DNA from: an uncultured Chloroflexia bacterium
GTDB lineage: Bacteria; Chloroflexota; Limnocylindria; Limnocylindrales; CSP1-4
Direction: 5' to 3'
Assembly (NCBI GenBank): GCA_963762445.1
Contig: CAVXLA010000007.1
Location: forward strand, 735-64,734
Length of the DNA stretch: 64,000 nt
Under the pieces are notes generated by a model. The model ran no database searches, had not been told where the DNA came from, and worked only from the letters and a program-made list of their open reading frames with translations. The position numbers and the translations under genes were made by a program. Positions within the stretch are counted from its first letter, which is position 1, and the number at the start of each line of letters is the position of its first letter. Positions 1 through 11,077 of this stretch are shown here, in pieces.

Positions 1-140
1 GGTGAGCCCGCCGGGCCCCCGCCTCCGCCACAGGCCGCCACCACGGCCGCCAGCGCCAGCGCCGCGACCGCGGTCGACGCTCGCCGCCGCCGCCCGCGCG
101 CCCGCGCCCGATCCTGCAGGGCCACCCCGCGTCCCACCAT
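1..140 (-). CDS. Lipoprotein, N-terminal part (runs off window edge)
   Basis: Manual translation MVGRGVALQDRARARGRRRRASTAVAALALAAVVAACGGGGG: basic N-region, hydrophobic stretch, lipobox VAAC; GGGAGAGG SD upstream. Confidence 0.6.
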   Translation of the reverse strand, partial: MVGRGVALQDRARARGRRRRASTAVAALALAAVVAACGGGGGPAGS

Positions 141-330
141 TGCCGGCCTCCTCCCGCCGCTGCGAGGTCGCCAGTGTGAACCCGGGGCGGCACGATGGCC
201 AGCAGGCGCGCCTCATCCGCCGCCGTCCACGCACATCCGCCGCCGACTTGACATGCTCCGCCGCCCGGCTACGCTCACCCGGCCGCGGATCGTGCGCGCC
301 TCTCCGGGTGCCCCGCGGCAGGGGGGTTCC

Positions 331-651
331 ATGCCGAAGTACCTCGTCACGGGCAGCTTCACGGCGGAGGGCGCCCGGGGGGTCCTCGCCAAGGGCGGGT
401 CCGCTCGTCGCACGGCGACCGCGGATCTCCTCGCCTCGGTCGGCGGCACGCTGGAGGCGTACTACTTCGCCTTCGGCAGCGACGACTTCTACCTCATCGC
501 CGACGTGCCGGGCAGTGCCGCTGTGGCGGCGGCCACCCTGGCGGCCGCCGGGTCCGGCGCCGTCTCGACCCGGACGATCGTGCTCATCACGCCCGAGGAG
601 ATCGACGCGGCCTCGAAGCTGTCGCCGCGCTACCGGGCCCCCGGGGCCTGA
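331..651 (+). CDS. GYD domain protein
   Basis: MPKYLVTGSFTAEGARG...GGTLEAYYFAFGSDDFYLIADVP pattern, ~106 aa. Confidence 0.8.
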   Translation: MPKYLVTGSFTAEGARGVLAKGGSARRTATADLLASVGGTLEAYYFAFGSDDFYLIADVPGSAAVAAATLAAAGSGAVSTRTIVLITPEEIDAASKLSPRYRAPGA

Positions 652-715
652 CCGGCCACGACCCAGCGTCGGCCGGGCGCCTCGCGGCCCCGGCCGGCGA
701 ACCCACGGAGATCCC

Positions 716-1219
716 ATGACCCTGCGCGAGATTCAGCAGCCCATCAAGCAGCGGTACGCCGGCGAGCCGTCGGCCGCCCGGGTCACCCTGCGGGCGACCG
801 GCAGCTCCGGCGGCGGGGCGATGAGCTGCTCGGTCGACATCGGCCGCGCGCTGTACGCCGCGGGCGCGCACCCGGGCGTGGGCGGCGCGGGCACGGCCGC
901 CTGCTCCGGCGACCTCGTGCTCGGCGCCCTGGCCGCCTGCGCCCAGCTCACCTGCCAGATGGTCGCCGCGAACATGGGCCTCGACGGCGTGGCGGTGGGC
1001 GTCACCGTCGAGGGCGACCTCGACCTCCGGGGGACGCTCGGGACGCCCGGCGTCCCAGTCGGGTTCGAGGCGATCCGGGTCCGGTTCAGCCTGGCCGGCG
1101 ACGGGATCGCCGACGAGCGCCTGGCGAAGCTCAAGGAGCGCACCGAACGCTACTGCGTCGTCCTCCAGACCCTGCTGGCGCCGCCGTCGATCGAGACCAC
1201 CTGGGAGGGCGCGGCCTGA
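716..1219 (+). CDS. OsmC/Ohr family protein
   Basis: LGALAACAQLT, VEGDLDLRG and ERYCVVLQTL (two conserved Cys); GGAG SD. Confidence 0.85.
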   Translation: MTLREIQQPIKQRYAGEPSAARVTLRATGSSGGGAMSCSVDIGRALYAAGAHPGVGGAGTAACSGDLVLGALAACAQLTCQMVAANMGLDGVAVGVTVEGDLDLRGTLGTPGVPVGFEAIRVRFSLAGDGIADERLAKLKERTERYCVVLQTLLAPPSIETTWEGAA

Positions 1220-1273
1220 CCGACGGGCCGCTCGCGGGCGCGCCCTCTGGGTCCCCCTTCGCGCCTCGCGGGA

Positions 1274-1459
1274 CTACGCGATGGCTTTCTTCACCGCGGC
1301 GACGCGCTCGGCGTAGTAGTAGCCGCAGCCCGCCTTGACGAAGTCCGGCTCGACCTTGAGCGCGGCGAGCGCCTTCTTCACGGCGGCGGGGGTGGCCTCG
1401 AGCTCCTTCGCGATCGCCCCTGCCGAGAGGCCTTCGCGTCCGGTCGCGTCCTTGACCAT
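1274..1459 (-). CDS. Small basic protein, possible HTH
   Basis: MVKDATGREGLSAGAIAKELEATPAAVKKAL...; strong AGGAGG SD; 61 aa. Confidence 0.6.
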   Translation of the reverse strand: MVKDATGREGLSAGAIAKELEATPAAVKKALAALKVEPDFVKAGCGYYYAERVAAVKKAIA

Positions 1460-1586
1460 GGTTGAACCTCCTGTGGCGTGGAGGACCACAGTACCGCGAC
1501 GACCGGCCGCTCTGCGCGACCCGGGGCCGAACCGAGGTTCTGAGCAGCGGGCGCCGTCGCCCGCCCGCGGATAGGGTCGCGCGGCT

Positions 1587-2030
1587 TCAGCGAAGCGCCG
1601 CGACCCGCGACCGGATCGTCGACGGGAGCTTCGTCGCGAGCAGCGTCGCGATGTCCGCGGCATCACCATCCGACTCCACCGGGATGAAGAGCCAGCGACC
1701 GTCGGGGTACTGGCGCGCCGCGTCGAACACGGCCCGGACGTGCGGACCGAGGGGGAGCGTCGGGACCTCTTCTACCTGGGCGCGTCCCAGGATGACCAGG
1801 GCCCGGAAGCCGCCGTCGCCCGGCGAGAGGGCCACGAACGGCCGACCTGCCCGGGTGTACCTCAGCGACCAGCCGTACTTCGGGCCGTCCCAGGTGAAGC
1901 TCCCCCGGGCGCCCATCGCCTCGACCCGGGCGACCAACGCGTCCCACCGGTCGGCCGCGTTGCCGAGGGCCGTCCGCACGGCCTCGCGGGTGGGCATCGT
2001 CCCGGCGTCGAACAGCAGGTCCCCCACCAT
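1587..2030 (-). CDS. DUF3788-like protein
   Basis: W-x-W-DGPKYGWSLRY and YPDGRWLFIPV pattern. Confidence 0.7.
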   Translation of the reverse strand: MVGDLLFDAGTMPTREAVRTALGNAADRWDALVARVEAMGARGSFTWDGPKYGWSLRYTRAGRPFVALSPGDGGFRALVILGRAQVEEVPTLPLGPHVRAVFDAARQYPDGRWLFIPVESDGDAADIATLLATKLPSTIRSRVAALR

Positions 2031-2111
2031 GTGCCACCTCCGGCCATCTGGTGCTGAGTTCCGTCGGTACCCAGTTGAGCGCGCATCAGACCCGGTGTCG
2101 AGGGGCGTGGG

Positions 2112-2639
2112 TCACGAGACAGGGCCCACGTCGTGATCCGTGAAGGTGCGGCGCCACGGCCCGGTGCCCGGGATGAACGCCTGCATGACGGCCCGCTCCG
2201 CCTGGACGACGTGCATGAGATCATGCGCGGCCCATTCGTTGAGCAGCTCGCGCATGGTGACCGGGCCGAGCTCCGCGTGGCGAGCCGTGCGCTCCAGGTC
2301 CGAGGCCGTCACGGTGGCGAGAAGGGCAAGGCTCTCGGACCGGAGGGCGGCGTGGCGCTCGGCGAGCGGGGCCGGGTCCGTGGCGGCGGTGATCGGCGTC
2401 GATTCGCGGTCGGGATCGTAGCCCGGGAACGATGGCTGGCCCGCCAGCATGACCCGCACGCGGGCGGCGAAGACGGCAGCCTCGGTATCGACCGCGTGGC
2501 CCAGGCACTGCAGGGCGGACCACTTGCCGGGAGCGGGCGCATGCAGGAGGAGCTCGCGGTCGAGGCCGGTGGCCAGCGCGCGCCAGCGGCTGCCATTGGC
2601 GCGGAGGACGGCGATCGTGCGGCTGATGAGGTCGGTCAC
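2112..2639 (-). CDS. DinB family protein
   Basis: GKWSALQCLGHAVDTE and WAAHDLMH metal-binding His pattern; GTG start after GGAG. Confidence 0.8.
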   Translation of the reverse strand: MTDLISRTIAVLRANGSRWRALATGLDRELLLHAPAPGKWSALQCLGHAVDTEAAVFAARVRVMLAGQPSFPGYDPDRESTPITAATDPAPLAERHAALRSESLALLATVTASDLERTARHAELGPVTMRELLNEWAAHDLMHVVQAERAVMQAFIPGTGPWRRTFTDHDVGPVS

Positions 2640-2697
2640 GTCGCTCGCTCCTCCCGGCTGGTCGCAGGTCTTCCGGGTCGGCGGAACCCGCCCCGAT

Positions 2698-2931
2698 TCA
2701 GGAACCCTTCGTGAGGTCCGTCTCCTTGACGAGCCGTCCCGATCGGTCGAACGTCCGCCAGGTGCCAACCTGCCGGCCCCGATCGAAGTGCCCGGTGCGC
2801 ATGACCGTGCCGTCCTTGCGGAAGAACTCCCAGGCGCCATGCATCGCGCCGTCGAGGAAGAACCCGTTCGACTTCACCGCGCCCGTGGCGTAGCGCACCG
2901 TCTCGGGCGCGGGCTCCGCTGGCTTGGCCAT
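2698..2931 (-). CDS. Small MORN-variant repeat protein
   Basis: MHGAWEFFRKDGTVMRTGHFDRGRQVGTWRTFDRSG repeats. Confidence 0.75.
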   Translation of the reverse strand: MAKPAEPAPETVRYATGAVKSNGFFLDGAMHGAWEFFRKDGTVMRTGHFDRGRQVGTWRTFDRSGRLVKETDLTKGS

Positions 2932-2996
2932 GGTCCGGAGTATCGCAAAGGTCGCCGGCGCGCGGGATGCCGGACGCCGGCCGCGGCGCCCCTGCC

Positions 2997-3752
2997 TCAG
3001 CCGGCGTACAGCAGCGACCCCGGCGTCGTCAGCAGCTGGCCGGTCTCGAGCCACGTCTTGAGCCCGGAGAGGATCATCGGCCAGCCGCCGTAGAGCTGCT
3101 CGTTGGCGCCCTCGCGGAGCTGGTCGTGGGTGACGGTCAGGCGGCACGAGTCGACGACCTGCTCGATCTCCCAGGTCACCCGCGAGGTGCCCTCGGCCTT
3201 CACGTCCTCGCCCCACAGGGCGACCATGCTCTGCACGAGCCGGCGGGGCGGGTCGACCTCCAGGTTCACCCCTTCGCCCAACGGCCGGGGGGCACCCGGG
3301 GCGCCCATCTCGTATCGCGAGCCGGGGGTCCAGTCGGACGTCTGCCGGGCGCCGAAGTTGTACTTGCTCCGGATCTCGGGATCCGTGATCGCCTGCCAGA
3401 GGCGCTCCGGCGTCGTCTTGATGTAGATCTCGAACACCTTCTCCATGGGACGCTCCAATCTGCTCTTGAGGCCGCTGAGCCCAGCCACCCAGGGCTCGGC
3501 GTACTTGCTCACCCACCGGTCGTGGACGAGCCGGATGGGGACCGGGTTCAGGAAGTGGAGCTTCTCGCGGCCGCGCCGCCTCGTCACCACGAGGCCTGCC
3601 TCCTCGAGCTGCCGCAGGTGCTTCATGACCCCGAAACGGGTCATCGCGAAGCGCCCCTGCAGTGAGCTGAGCGTCTGCCCGTCCTCGCGGAAGAGCTCGT
3701 CGAGCAGGCTCCGCCGGGTCGGATCGGCGAGGGCCCTGAACACCCCGTCCAT
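2997..3752 (-). CDS. ArsR HTH - SRPBCC (AHSA1) fusion protein
   Basis: VFRALADPTRR...MKHLRQLEEAGLV, then YIKTTPERLWQAITDP...GGWPMILSGLKT. Confidence 0.9.
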   Translation of the reverse strand: MDGVFRALADPTRRSLLDELFREDGQTLSSLQGRFAMTRFGVMKHLRQLEEAGLVVTRRRGREKLHFLNPVPIRLVHDRWVSKYAEPWVAGLSGLKSRLERPMEKVFEIYIKTTPERLWQAITDPEIRSKYNFGARQTSDWTPGSRYEMGAPGAPRPLGEGVNLEVDPPRRLVQSMVALWGEDVKAEGTSRVTWEIEQVVDSCRLTVTHDQLREGANEQLYGGWPMILSGLKTWLETGQLLTTPGSLLYAG

Positions 3753-3897
3753 GGGCGCGAGAATATGTGACTGTGCGGTCACCTGTCAAGCCCGGGGCCA
3801 GGGCTGACGGCTTCGGTTTCTGTCCGCGCCCATGGTCGGCGGTCGACGAGCCCGCGGCGGCGCGCGGGCGCGGGCGACCAGCGGGCCCGCGCGAGCC

Positions 3898-4275
3898 CTA
3901 GAGGACTTCGGCGAGCTCGAACGTGTTGCCCTCGGAATCGATGAACCAGGCCGCCTTCCCAACGCCGAAGTCGGCCAGCCCGTCGACCGTCTTCAACTCG
4001 CCGAAGTCGTAGTCCTGGAACTCGACGCCCCGCGCGCGCAGTTCCGCCATGACCCGCTCGATCCCGGTGACCTGCCAGCCGGCGACCGTGTTCTTGGCCG
4101 TCCCGGCCGACGGCGTCTGGTACAGGTACAGCCATGTCTCGCCGCCGAATCGGTACCAGGCCCCCTCCGGGTCGACCCGCGCCGGGACGAGCCCGAGCTT
4201 TTCCTCGTACCACGCCCTCGCGCGCCCCAGGTCGCTTGCCGCCGCCCGCGCGCTGATCGGGAACTGCTCCAGCAT
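3898..4275 (-). CDS. VOC/glyoxalase family protein
   Basis: DLGRARAWYEEKLG, AAWFIDSEGNTFEL. Confidence 0.85.
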   Translation of the reverse strand: MLEQFPISARAAASDLGRARAWYEEKLGLVPARVDPEGAWYRFGGETWLYLYQTPSAGTAKNTVAGWQVTGIERVMAELRARGVEFQDYDFGELKTVDGLADFGVGKAAWFIDSEGNTFELAEVL

Positions 4276-4487
4276 CGTGAACCCCCTTCTGCCGCCCACC
4301 CGGCCCGCGCATTGAACACCCTTCGTGGGCCCGTGAACATGACCTACCTCGAGACCGCGGCCATGAACCGCCAGTCCAGCGAGGCCGAGGCGGTCCTCCT
4401 CGAGGATCCGCTCGGCCCTAGCCTCTCGGCCGCGGCCCGGGGCATCCTCGCGAGGGCAGGTTCCTCGCCACGTCAGGGAGCTCACAC

Positions 4488-5036
4488 ATGTCGGTCCTCG
4501 TCGCCTACGCCACCCGCCACGGAGCCACCCGGGGGATCGCCGAGCGCATCGCGGAGCGCCTGCGGGCCGACGGGCTCGACGCAGACGCGCGCCCGGCGGC
4601 CCAGGTCCGTGACGCGGCCCGGTACGACGCGTTCGTCGTCGGCAGCGCGGCCTACATGTACCGGTGGCTCGGCGACGCGACGACGTTCGTGCGGCGGAAC
4701 CGGGCGCTGCTCGCGCAGCGGCCCACGTGGCTGTTCAGCAGCGGCCCGCTCGGGACGGACACGGTCGACAAGGACGGGCGCGACGTCCTGGTCGTCTCCA
4801 TCCCGAAGGAGTTCGGCGAGCTCCGCGGCGCGATCCACCCGCGGGACGAGAAGGTGTTCTTCGGCGCGCTCGATCCCTCCGCGAAGCCCGTCGGGCTCGC
4901 CGAGCGGTTCATGGCCCAGATGCCGGCCGCCGCCAGGGACGCGCTCCCGAAGGGCGACTTCCGCGACTGGCCGGCGATCGACGCCTGGGCGGACGGGATC
5001 GCGCGCGAGATCGCGGGCGCGGCCGTCCCGGGCTGA
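4488..5036 (+). CDS. Flavodoxin domain protein (HemG-like)
   Basis: YATRHGATRGIA, VVGSAAY, WLFSSGP, GDFRDW. Confidence 0.85.
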   Translation: MSVLVAYATRHGATRGIAERIAERLRADGLDADARPAAQVRDAARYDAFVVGSAAYMYRWLGDATTFVRRNRALLAQRPTWLFSSGPLGTDTVDKDGRDVLVVSIPKEFGELRGAIHPRDEKVFFGALDPSAKPVGLAERFMAQMPAAARDALPKGDFRDWPAIDAWADGIAREIAGAAVPG

Positions 5037-5084
5037 CGAGGGGCGATCGCGCGGCCCGGTGACGCGGCCGCGAGGGGTCGCGCC

Positions 5085-5691
5085 TCAGGCGGCGGCCGGC
5101 CGCCACATCGTCGTGATGACGTGGCCATCGCTCGGGACGGTGAACGAGCCGACCGCCCGGAAGCCGAGGCGCTCGTAGCCGGTGGTTGTTCGCCGGGTTC
5201 GTCGATTCGAGGTAGGCCGGCATCCGGTCCGCATCGACGCGCGCCAGGTTCTCGGCCAGGAGAGCCATCCCGATGCCTCGGCCGCGATGGTCCGGATGCG
5301 TGCCCAGCAGGGACAGGTAGTGGTGAGGCTCGGAGCGCGGGTGGGACGCCTCGAACCGCGCGAGGAGCTCCACGACGCTCTCGGCCGCCGGACCGAGACG
5401 GTCGATGATGAGGCGCTCGTAGCGCTCCTCCTGCTCGGGTGACAGCTCGGTCCCGCCGGGCGGATACCAGACGGAGACCGCCTCTCCGCCTTCGGTGAGC
5501 CACGTCCAGGGATAGCGAAGGGCGCCCTCCAGGTAGGCGCGCCAGAGGTCCCTCGCCACGGCGTCGCCACCGTCCGGGCTCGCGAACGCCTTCCCCCAGA
5601 CGGGATCGTGCCGGAACGCAAGGGTGATGGTGTTCGTGACGGCGTCGAGGTCGCTGACCGTCGCAACGCGCGCGCGAAGGCCGGCATCCAC
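5085..5691 (-). CDS. GNAT acetyltransferase, frameshift near 5180
   Basis: YLSLLGTHPDHRGRGIG...AYLESTNPANN in one frame; YERLGF...TMWRP continues in another. Confidence 0.8.
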
Positions 5692-5857
5692 GATGGGCTA
5701 CCCGCGGGAAGAGTGGGGACGCATCGCACGACGATGACAGCGCGCCCGACCGCAGTCAACGCCCGGGGCGAGGAGGACGGGCCGCTCATGTTCTACCGGG
5801 TGCTGCCGGACGGGGCCTAGCCAGGCAGTGGCCTGCGACGCATCCCTGCGTCGCGGC

Positions 5858-5886
5858 TTGACAACGTATTAGCGCCTGCTTATTGT
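5858..5886 (+). promoter_or_regulatory. Sigma70-type promoter, leaderless arsR transcript, overlapping imperfect operator
   Basis: TTGACA-17 bp-TATTGT, ATG 7 nt downstream; imperfect dyad aacgtattagc/gcttattgtt. Confidence 0.65.
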
Positions 5887-5892
5887 TCGGCG

Positions 5893-6210
5893 ATGCACCG
5901 CGAGCAGGCCGTCTTCCGCGCCCTGGCAGACCCGAGCCGCCTGGCCATCTACGCCCGGCTTGCCCGCGGGGAAGCGCCGGTGAAGGACCTGGTCGCCGGC
6001 TTCGACATCTCGCAGCCCGCGGTCTCGCAGCACCTCGCGAAGCTCCGGGGCGCCGGCCTCGTCGCCGAACGGCGCGAGGGTCGCCTCGTCTACTACCGGG
6101 TGGATCCGGACGGCCTGCGGCCGCTCGTCGACTGGCTGGCCCGGTACCAGGCGTTCTGGCCGGAGCGCGTCGGCCGCCTCGAGGAAGTGCTCAGGGGGAT
6201 GGACACATGA
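5893..6210 (+). CDS. ArsR/SmtB regulator
   Basis: VFRALADPSR, ISQPAVSQHLAKLRGAGLV. Confidence 0.9.
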   Translation: MHREQAVFRALADPSRLAIYARLARGEAPVKDLVAGFDISQPAVSQHLAKLRGAGLVAERREGRLVYYRVDPDGLRPLVDWLARYQAFWPERVGRLEEVLRGMDT

Positions 6211-6650
6211 GCGAAACGGTGGAAACGCAGGCGATCGCCTTCTCGTGGGATCTCGCGCACCCGCCGGCGAAGGTCTGGCGCGCGCTGACCGAGCCGGACA
6301 TCCTCGCCCAGTGGCTCATGGCCACCGACCTGCGGCCGGCGGTCGGCGAGCGCTTCACCTTTCGCCAGGATCCGACCCCGTGGTGGGACGGGATCGTGCA
6401 CTGCGAGGTGCTGGAGGTCGAGCAGGGGCACCGCCTCCGCTACACCTGGCGGAGCGGCAGCGGCGCCAACGGCGTCGACACCGTGGTCACCTGGACGCTG
6501 ACGGCGACGCCGTCCGGCGGCACGCGGCTGGCGCTCGTGCAATCCGGGTTCCTCCCGGCCTACGCGGCCGCGTTTGAAGGGGCGAAGCAGGGTTGGGAGC
6601 GGATGGCCGCGGAGCTCGGCCGCGTGCTCGATCGGCTGCCCGCGGCCTGA
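6207..6650 (+). CDS. SRPBCC domain protein
   Basis: HPPAKVWRALTEP...GWERM; ATGA overlap with arsR. Confidence 0.85.
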   Translation: MSETVETQAIAFSWDLAHPPAKVWRALTEPDILAQWLMATDLRPAVGERFTFRQDPTPWWDGIVHCEVLEVEQGHRLRYTWRSGSGANGVDTVVTWTLTATPSGGTRLALVQSGFLPAYAAAFEGAKQGWERMAAELGRVLDRLPAA

Positions 6651-6658
6651 CACAACGA

Positions 6659-6686
6659 GAAGGGCCGCCCTTGCGGGCGGCCCTTC
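6659..6686. terminator. Hairpin between convergent genes, probable terminator
   Basis: GAAGGGCCGCCC-TTGC-GGGCGGCCCTTC perfect 12-bp stem. Confidence 0.7.
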
Positions 6687-6708
6687 GTGATCCCTGGCGG
6701 TCAGCCGC

Positions 6709-9700
6709 TCACTTCGTGATCGTGAACGTGTTGAGGACCGTGGTGGTGCCTGGGGTGACGTTGGACGTCATCTGGGCGATCGAGCGCCAGGTCCCGATCC
6801 TCCTGGAGAACGTATCGTAGGTGATGACCTGGGTCCCGCCGGCGGCGGGTGGGCTGGTGTTGACCCTGTATTCGGAGCCGTTGGCCGGTGCCGAGGCGAT
6901 GTTCACGCCGCTCGTGCCGGTCCGGTTCTCCGCGCCCCAGTTGACGCCGGAGCCCGGATCGCCGGAGCCGGCGTTCCCCAGGCCCGGGCCGTCGCCCGGG
7001 TAGGTGAGGTTGGGGCCGTAGGAGTACGTGATCTGCTCGCTCGCGGGCCCGGTCCCAGGGGTACCGGTGGCGCGACGGAGCCAGACCTCGAAGCTGTGTG
7101 TCGTCGCGCCGGTGAAGTTCTTCACTCCGTCCCAATCGACGACGATCCAACTCTCGCCGCCGCCGCTCAAGGTGGCGACCCGGATCGCGCCGCCAGCTGG
7201 CGGGTTGAGATCCGTCCAGAGCGGCGCGAGCGTGTTGTTCGGCGGCGCCGCGTTCGGGAAGGTCTGCGGCGCGGAGTAAACGTCGCTGCCGGTGCCGCCG
7301 CCGATCACGACGTAGCCGTTCGAGACGACACCGATGCTGGTGTACGACTCGCCGCCGTAGAAGAACGCCGGCACGGTGAAGTTCGTGATCGTGTCGTCGC
7401 CGACGCCCGCGACCGGCGGGACGCCAAAGATCGACAGCGCCAGGTAGCCCTCGTCGGGCCCGACGGTCGGCGTGATGGAGTTGACCGTTGGCGGGGTGGC
7501 CGGACTCAGCGTCCCGCTCCAGCCGACTCCGAGATCGCGGCCGATCGAGGCGAATGCCGGAGCCGCGATGTTCTTGAAGAGGAGGCTTGCGCCCGGATCA
7601 AAGTTGGACACGTTGAGCGCGACGTTGGCCGGGCTGCTCCCGAGGTTGGCGACCGTCGCACTGCAATGCGAGAGACCGCTCTCCCTCTTGATGGTCAACG
7701 GACTGCAGGTGTTGGCCAGGGTCACTGTCCCCTGCTTCTTGACGAAGGCCACCGGGATCGTGACCGGGTTGCCACGGGGCGTGGTGAGCGTGATGCGCGC
7801 GAAGTACTGGCCTTCCGCGACGTCCGGGGCCTTGATCGTGACCCAGAACGTGTACGACTCGTCCTTCCTGACGTTGAGAGCGGTGATGTTGGGCCCTGTC
7901 GCCGAGCGCGAGACCTTGATGGTTACGCCGGCCGGGGCCTGGATCGCGATCCGCAGCTCCTGCTCCCGCCCTGAGACGTTGAGGAGTGTCCGGCTGGTCG
8001 TGATCTCGCCGGTCATCGTCGTGGCGTCGATGCTGGGGATGTTGAGATCGATCCGGTGCAGCGGGTCGGTCCCCGCCGCGACGAAGTCGGCGAACGTCTC
8101 GTCGAAGACGACCGTCGGGTTGACGGCGCGGTCGGCCCGGATGGACCCGGCGCCCATGTCGAACGGCGTGGCGGGGGTGACCCCGTCCTCCTTGACGACG
8201 CTCTGGACCGACGAGGTCATGAGGGCCGACTTGATCATCGCCGGTGTCCAGTCGGGATGCGCCGCCTTGACGAGCGCGGAGACACCCGCCGCGTGCGGGC
8301 TCGACATCGACGTCCCGGCGATCGCCTGGTAGAGGTTTCCGGGGGGGCCGTTGGTGATGCCAGTGGGCTGCGGGGTCATGCCGGCGAGGACCTGGACGCC
8401 CGGCGCCGTGATGTCAGGCTTGATCCAGTCGCCAGTCGGGCCGCGCGACGAGAAGGCGGCCATCATGTCGGCCAGGGCCGGGGTCGCCGTGCCCTGCACC
8501 CAGGTCGCCATGACGTTCGTGTAGCGGCGTTGACGAAGGCGAGCAGCGCGGTGCTCCGGGCCGTCGACGTGGATGGCCGGCAGCCAGTGGTTGTCGGACT
8601 CCTGGTCCATCTTGATCGGGTTGTACAGGATCATCCCGACCGCACCGCCCTGGAGGACGTTGAAGCCCTTGTCGACGCGGGCGTTCGTGCCGCGCTCGGC
8701 ACATGACGACCTTGCCGGTCGCGGCGCCCGCGGCGAGCGGACTCTGGCAGAGCGAGTCCTCGAGTCCACCGCCGGCCTTCGCCAGGGTCTGGGCCAGCAC
8801 GACCGGGGTCGGGGAGCCGATCCCGTCGGTCAGGGTCACGCCCGACATGTCGAACGTGGCGCCGCCGTCGGCGGTCAGGTGGAGGGTCGAGAGGAAGGAG
8901 CGCGGGCCGGTCGAGGCGCCGACCGTGGTCGTCCACGGCCCGCCATGATCGGAGGTTGCGGCGCCTGGTCCGTTGTTGCCGGCGGACGCGTTGACCGAGA
9001 TGCCCGCGTTGACAGCGTCGAGGAACGCCAGCTCGACCGGGTCGCTGTACGGCTGTGCGCCGCCGGAGATCGAGAAGTTGATGACGTCCACGCCGTCGAG
9101 GATCGCCTGCTGGACGGCGGCGACGGAGTCGGAGCCGTAGCAGCCCTGCGCCAGGCAGACCCGGTACTGGATGACGCGCGCGCCGGGGGCGATCCCGCAG
9201 ACCGGGCCGCGCTCGACGCCGTACAGGAGGGCGGAATCGACGCAGTCGCCGGCCGCCGTGGTCGTCGTATGCGTCCCATGGCCCTCGGGGTCGCGGGGCG
9301 AGCAGATCCCCGTCACGCTGTCGCAGAACTCTTCGGCGCCGGGGTGGTAGTTGGCCACGTACGTGGCCGTCTTCGCGTAGGCGCCGATGAGCTTGTTGTT
9401 GCAGTCGAACGTGGGGCCGAGATTCGCGACATCGCTTCCGTCGCCGAACTCGCAGCCCCACGGGCCGCCACTCGGCGCGGGGAGGCTCCCCGGGGCCAGC
9501 ATCGGATGCTCGGGCCAGACGCCGGTGTCGATGACGCCGACGATGACGTTGCTGCCGGCAGTGGCGGAGCCGCCGAGCGACGGCCACACGGCGGTCGCGC
9601 CGATGAACGAGGTGTTGTCATCGAGCGGCTGCGCGAGGCGGTCCTGCTGGACCGCGACGACGCCGTCGACGTTGAGCAGCGCGCCGATCTCGTTCGCCGG

Positions 9701-10153
9701 GAGGGTCGCCTGGACGCCACCGTAGGCTGTGCTGTACTCGGAGCCGACGGCCAATGCGGGCACGGCCGCCTGGGCGTCAGCCGTGATCTCGGCCGAGAGG
9801 TCGGCCGTGTAGGCGTCGTACGCCTGCACTGCCTCCGCGTTGTCCTTGAGCTCCTTGCCGGTCACGGCCGGGCTCGTCGCGGCGAGGCCGTCAACGCCGC
9901 CGGCGTACGTGGCGGTCGCGTCGTAGTCGTACTTGATCATGACGTTGACGGGCGTCGCGTCGGTCCGCCCGAGGAGCGCCGGATCGGACTGGGCGATCGC
10001 GCCCGACGACGACTTCGTCCCCTCGTACGTCGAATCCGGCGTCAGGGGCGATGCCGTGAACCTCGATGGGTCTGCGCCGGACACGGCGCCGGCAAAGATC
10101 GTCTGCCCGGCCAACAGGCACAGCGTGGCCAGTGCGACAGCAATCCGCCTCAT
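6709..10153 (-). CDS. Secreted S8 subtilisin-like protease (I9 propeptide, PA domain, C-terminal beta domains); frameshifts around 8530-8700
   Basis: Signal peptide MRRIAVALATLCLL; triad VIDTG, HGTH, GTSMSSPH split over ORFs 8414-10588 and 6709-8769. Confidence 0.9.
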
Positions 10154-10468
10154 TCGCGGTCCTCCTCGAAGTCCCTCCGCCCTTGGCGTGCCAAGATCAC
10201 CCGCGGGACATGCGGGCGACCAGCGCCGTTGACAGGGTTGGAACCTACATCCGCAGGTGCGTGCGGTCAACATCGGAGGGCACAGGCCAGGGTAAGTCGG
10301 TGCGGATGCGCACCGGAAAACGGGACCACCCGCCGACGCTCCTCGCCGACGGCCCTCGCCGACTCGTTGATGGCCAACGATGCGAGTGCTGCGCGGCGCG
10401 CGGCCCGGGGCCGGGGCCGGACGAGCACGCGCGGCCGCGCTCGAGAGGGCCGGGTAGACTCCGACCCG

Positions 10469-11077
10469 ATGTCCGTCCTCGACGCCGCGCCGTACGTCCA
10501 CGCCGACGATCGCGCCACGTGGCGTGCATGGCTGGAGGCGAACCACGGAACCGCCCGGGGGGCCTGGCTCGTGACCTGGCGGCCACACACCGGCCGCGTC
10601 GGATTGGACTACGAGGCGGCCATCGAGGAGGCCCTCTGCTTCGGCTGGGTGGACAGCACCGGCGGCCGGGTGGACGACGAACGCGGCAAGCTCTACTTCG
10701 CGCCGCGCAAGCCGCGCAGCGTCTGGGCTGCGTCCAACAAGGCGCGGGTCGAGCGCTTGATCCGCGAGGGGCGGATGGCTCCCGCGGGCCTGGCCGCGAT
10801 CGAGCGGGCGAGGTCCAATGGATCGTGGGAGATCCTGGAGGCCGCCGAGCGGCTGGAGGTCCCCGGCGATCTCGCGGCAGCCCTCGAGAGCCGCCCGCCG
10901 GCCGCCGCCAACTTCGCGGCGTTCCCGCCCTCGGCCCGCAAGATGCTGCTCGGCTGGGTCGCGCTCGCCCGGCGCCCGGAGACTCGGGCGACGCGGATCA
11001 CGAAGGTCGCTGAGGGGGCCGCCCGGAATGCAGCGGGCGCCCCTCAGGCGGCGCCGGCGCGAGGAGGCGGGACATGA
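10469..11077 (+). CDS. YdeI/OmpD-associated family protein
   Basis: WRAWLEANH, EEALCFGWVDS, FAPRKPRSVW. Confidence 0.85.
   Translation: MSVLDAAPYVHADDRATWRAWLEANHGTARGAWLVTWRPHTGRVGLDYEAAIEEALCFGWVDSTGGRVDDERGKLYFAPRKPRSVWAASNKARVERLIREGRMAPAGLAAIERARSNGSWEILEAAERLEVPGDLAAALESRPPAAANFAAFPPSARKMLLGWVALARRPETRATRITKVAEGAARNAAGAPQAAPARGGGT

Noticed and set aside
2698-2931. MORN protein as a YwqK-type antitoxin
   Set aside because: No adjacent toxin gene
4339-4430. Coding-like fragment MTYLETAAMNRQ...LEDPLG
   Set aside because: Too short and no recognisable family; at most a gene remnant
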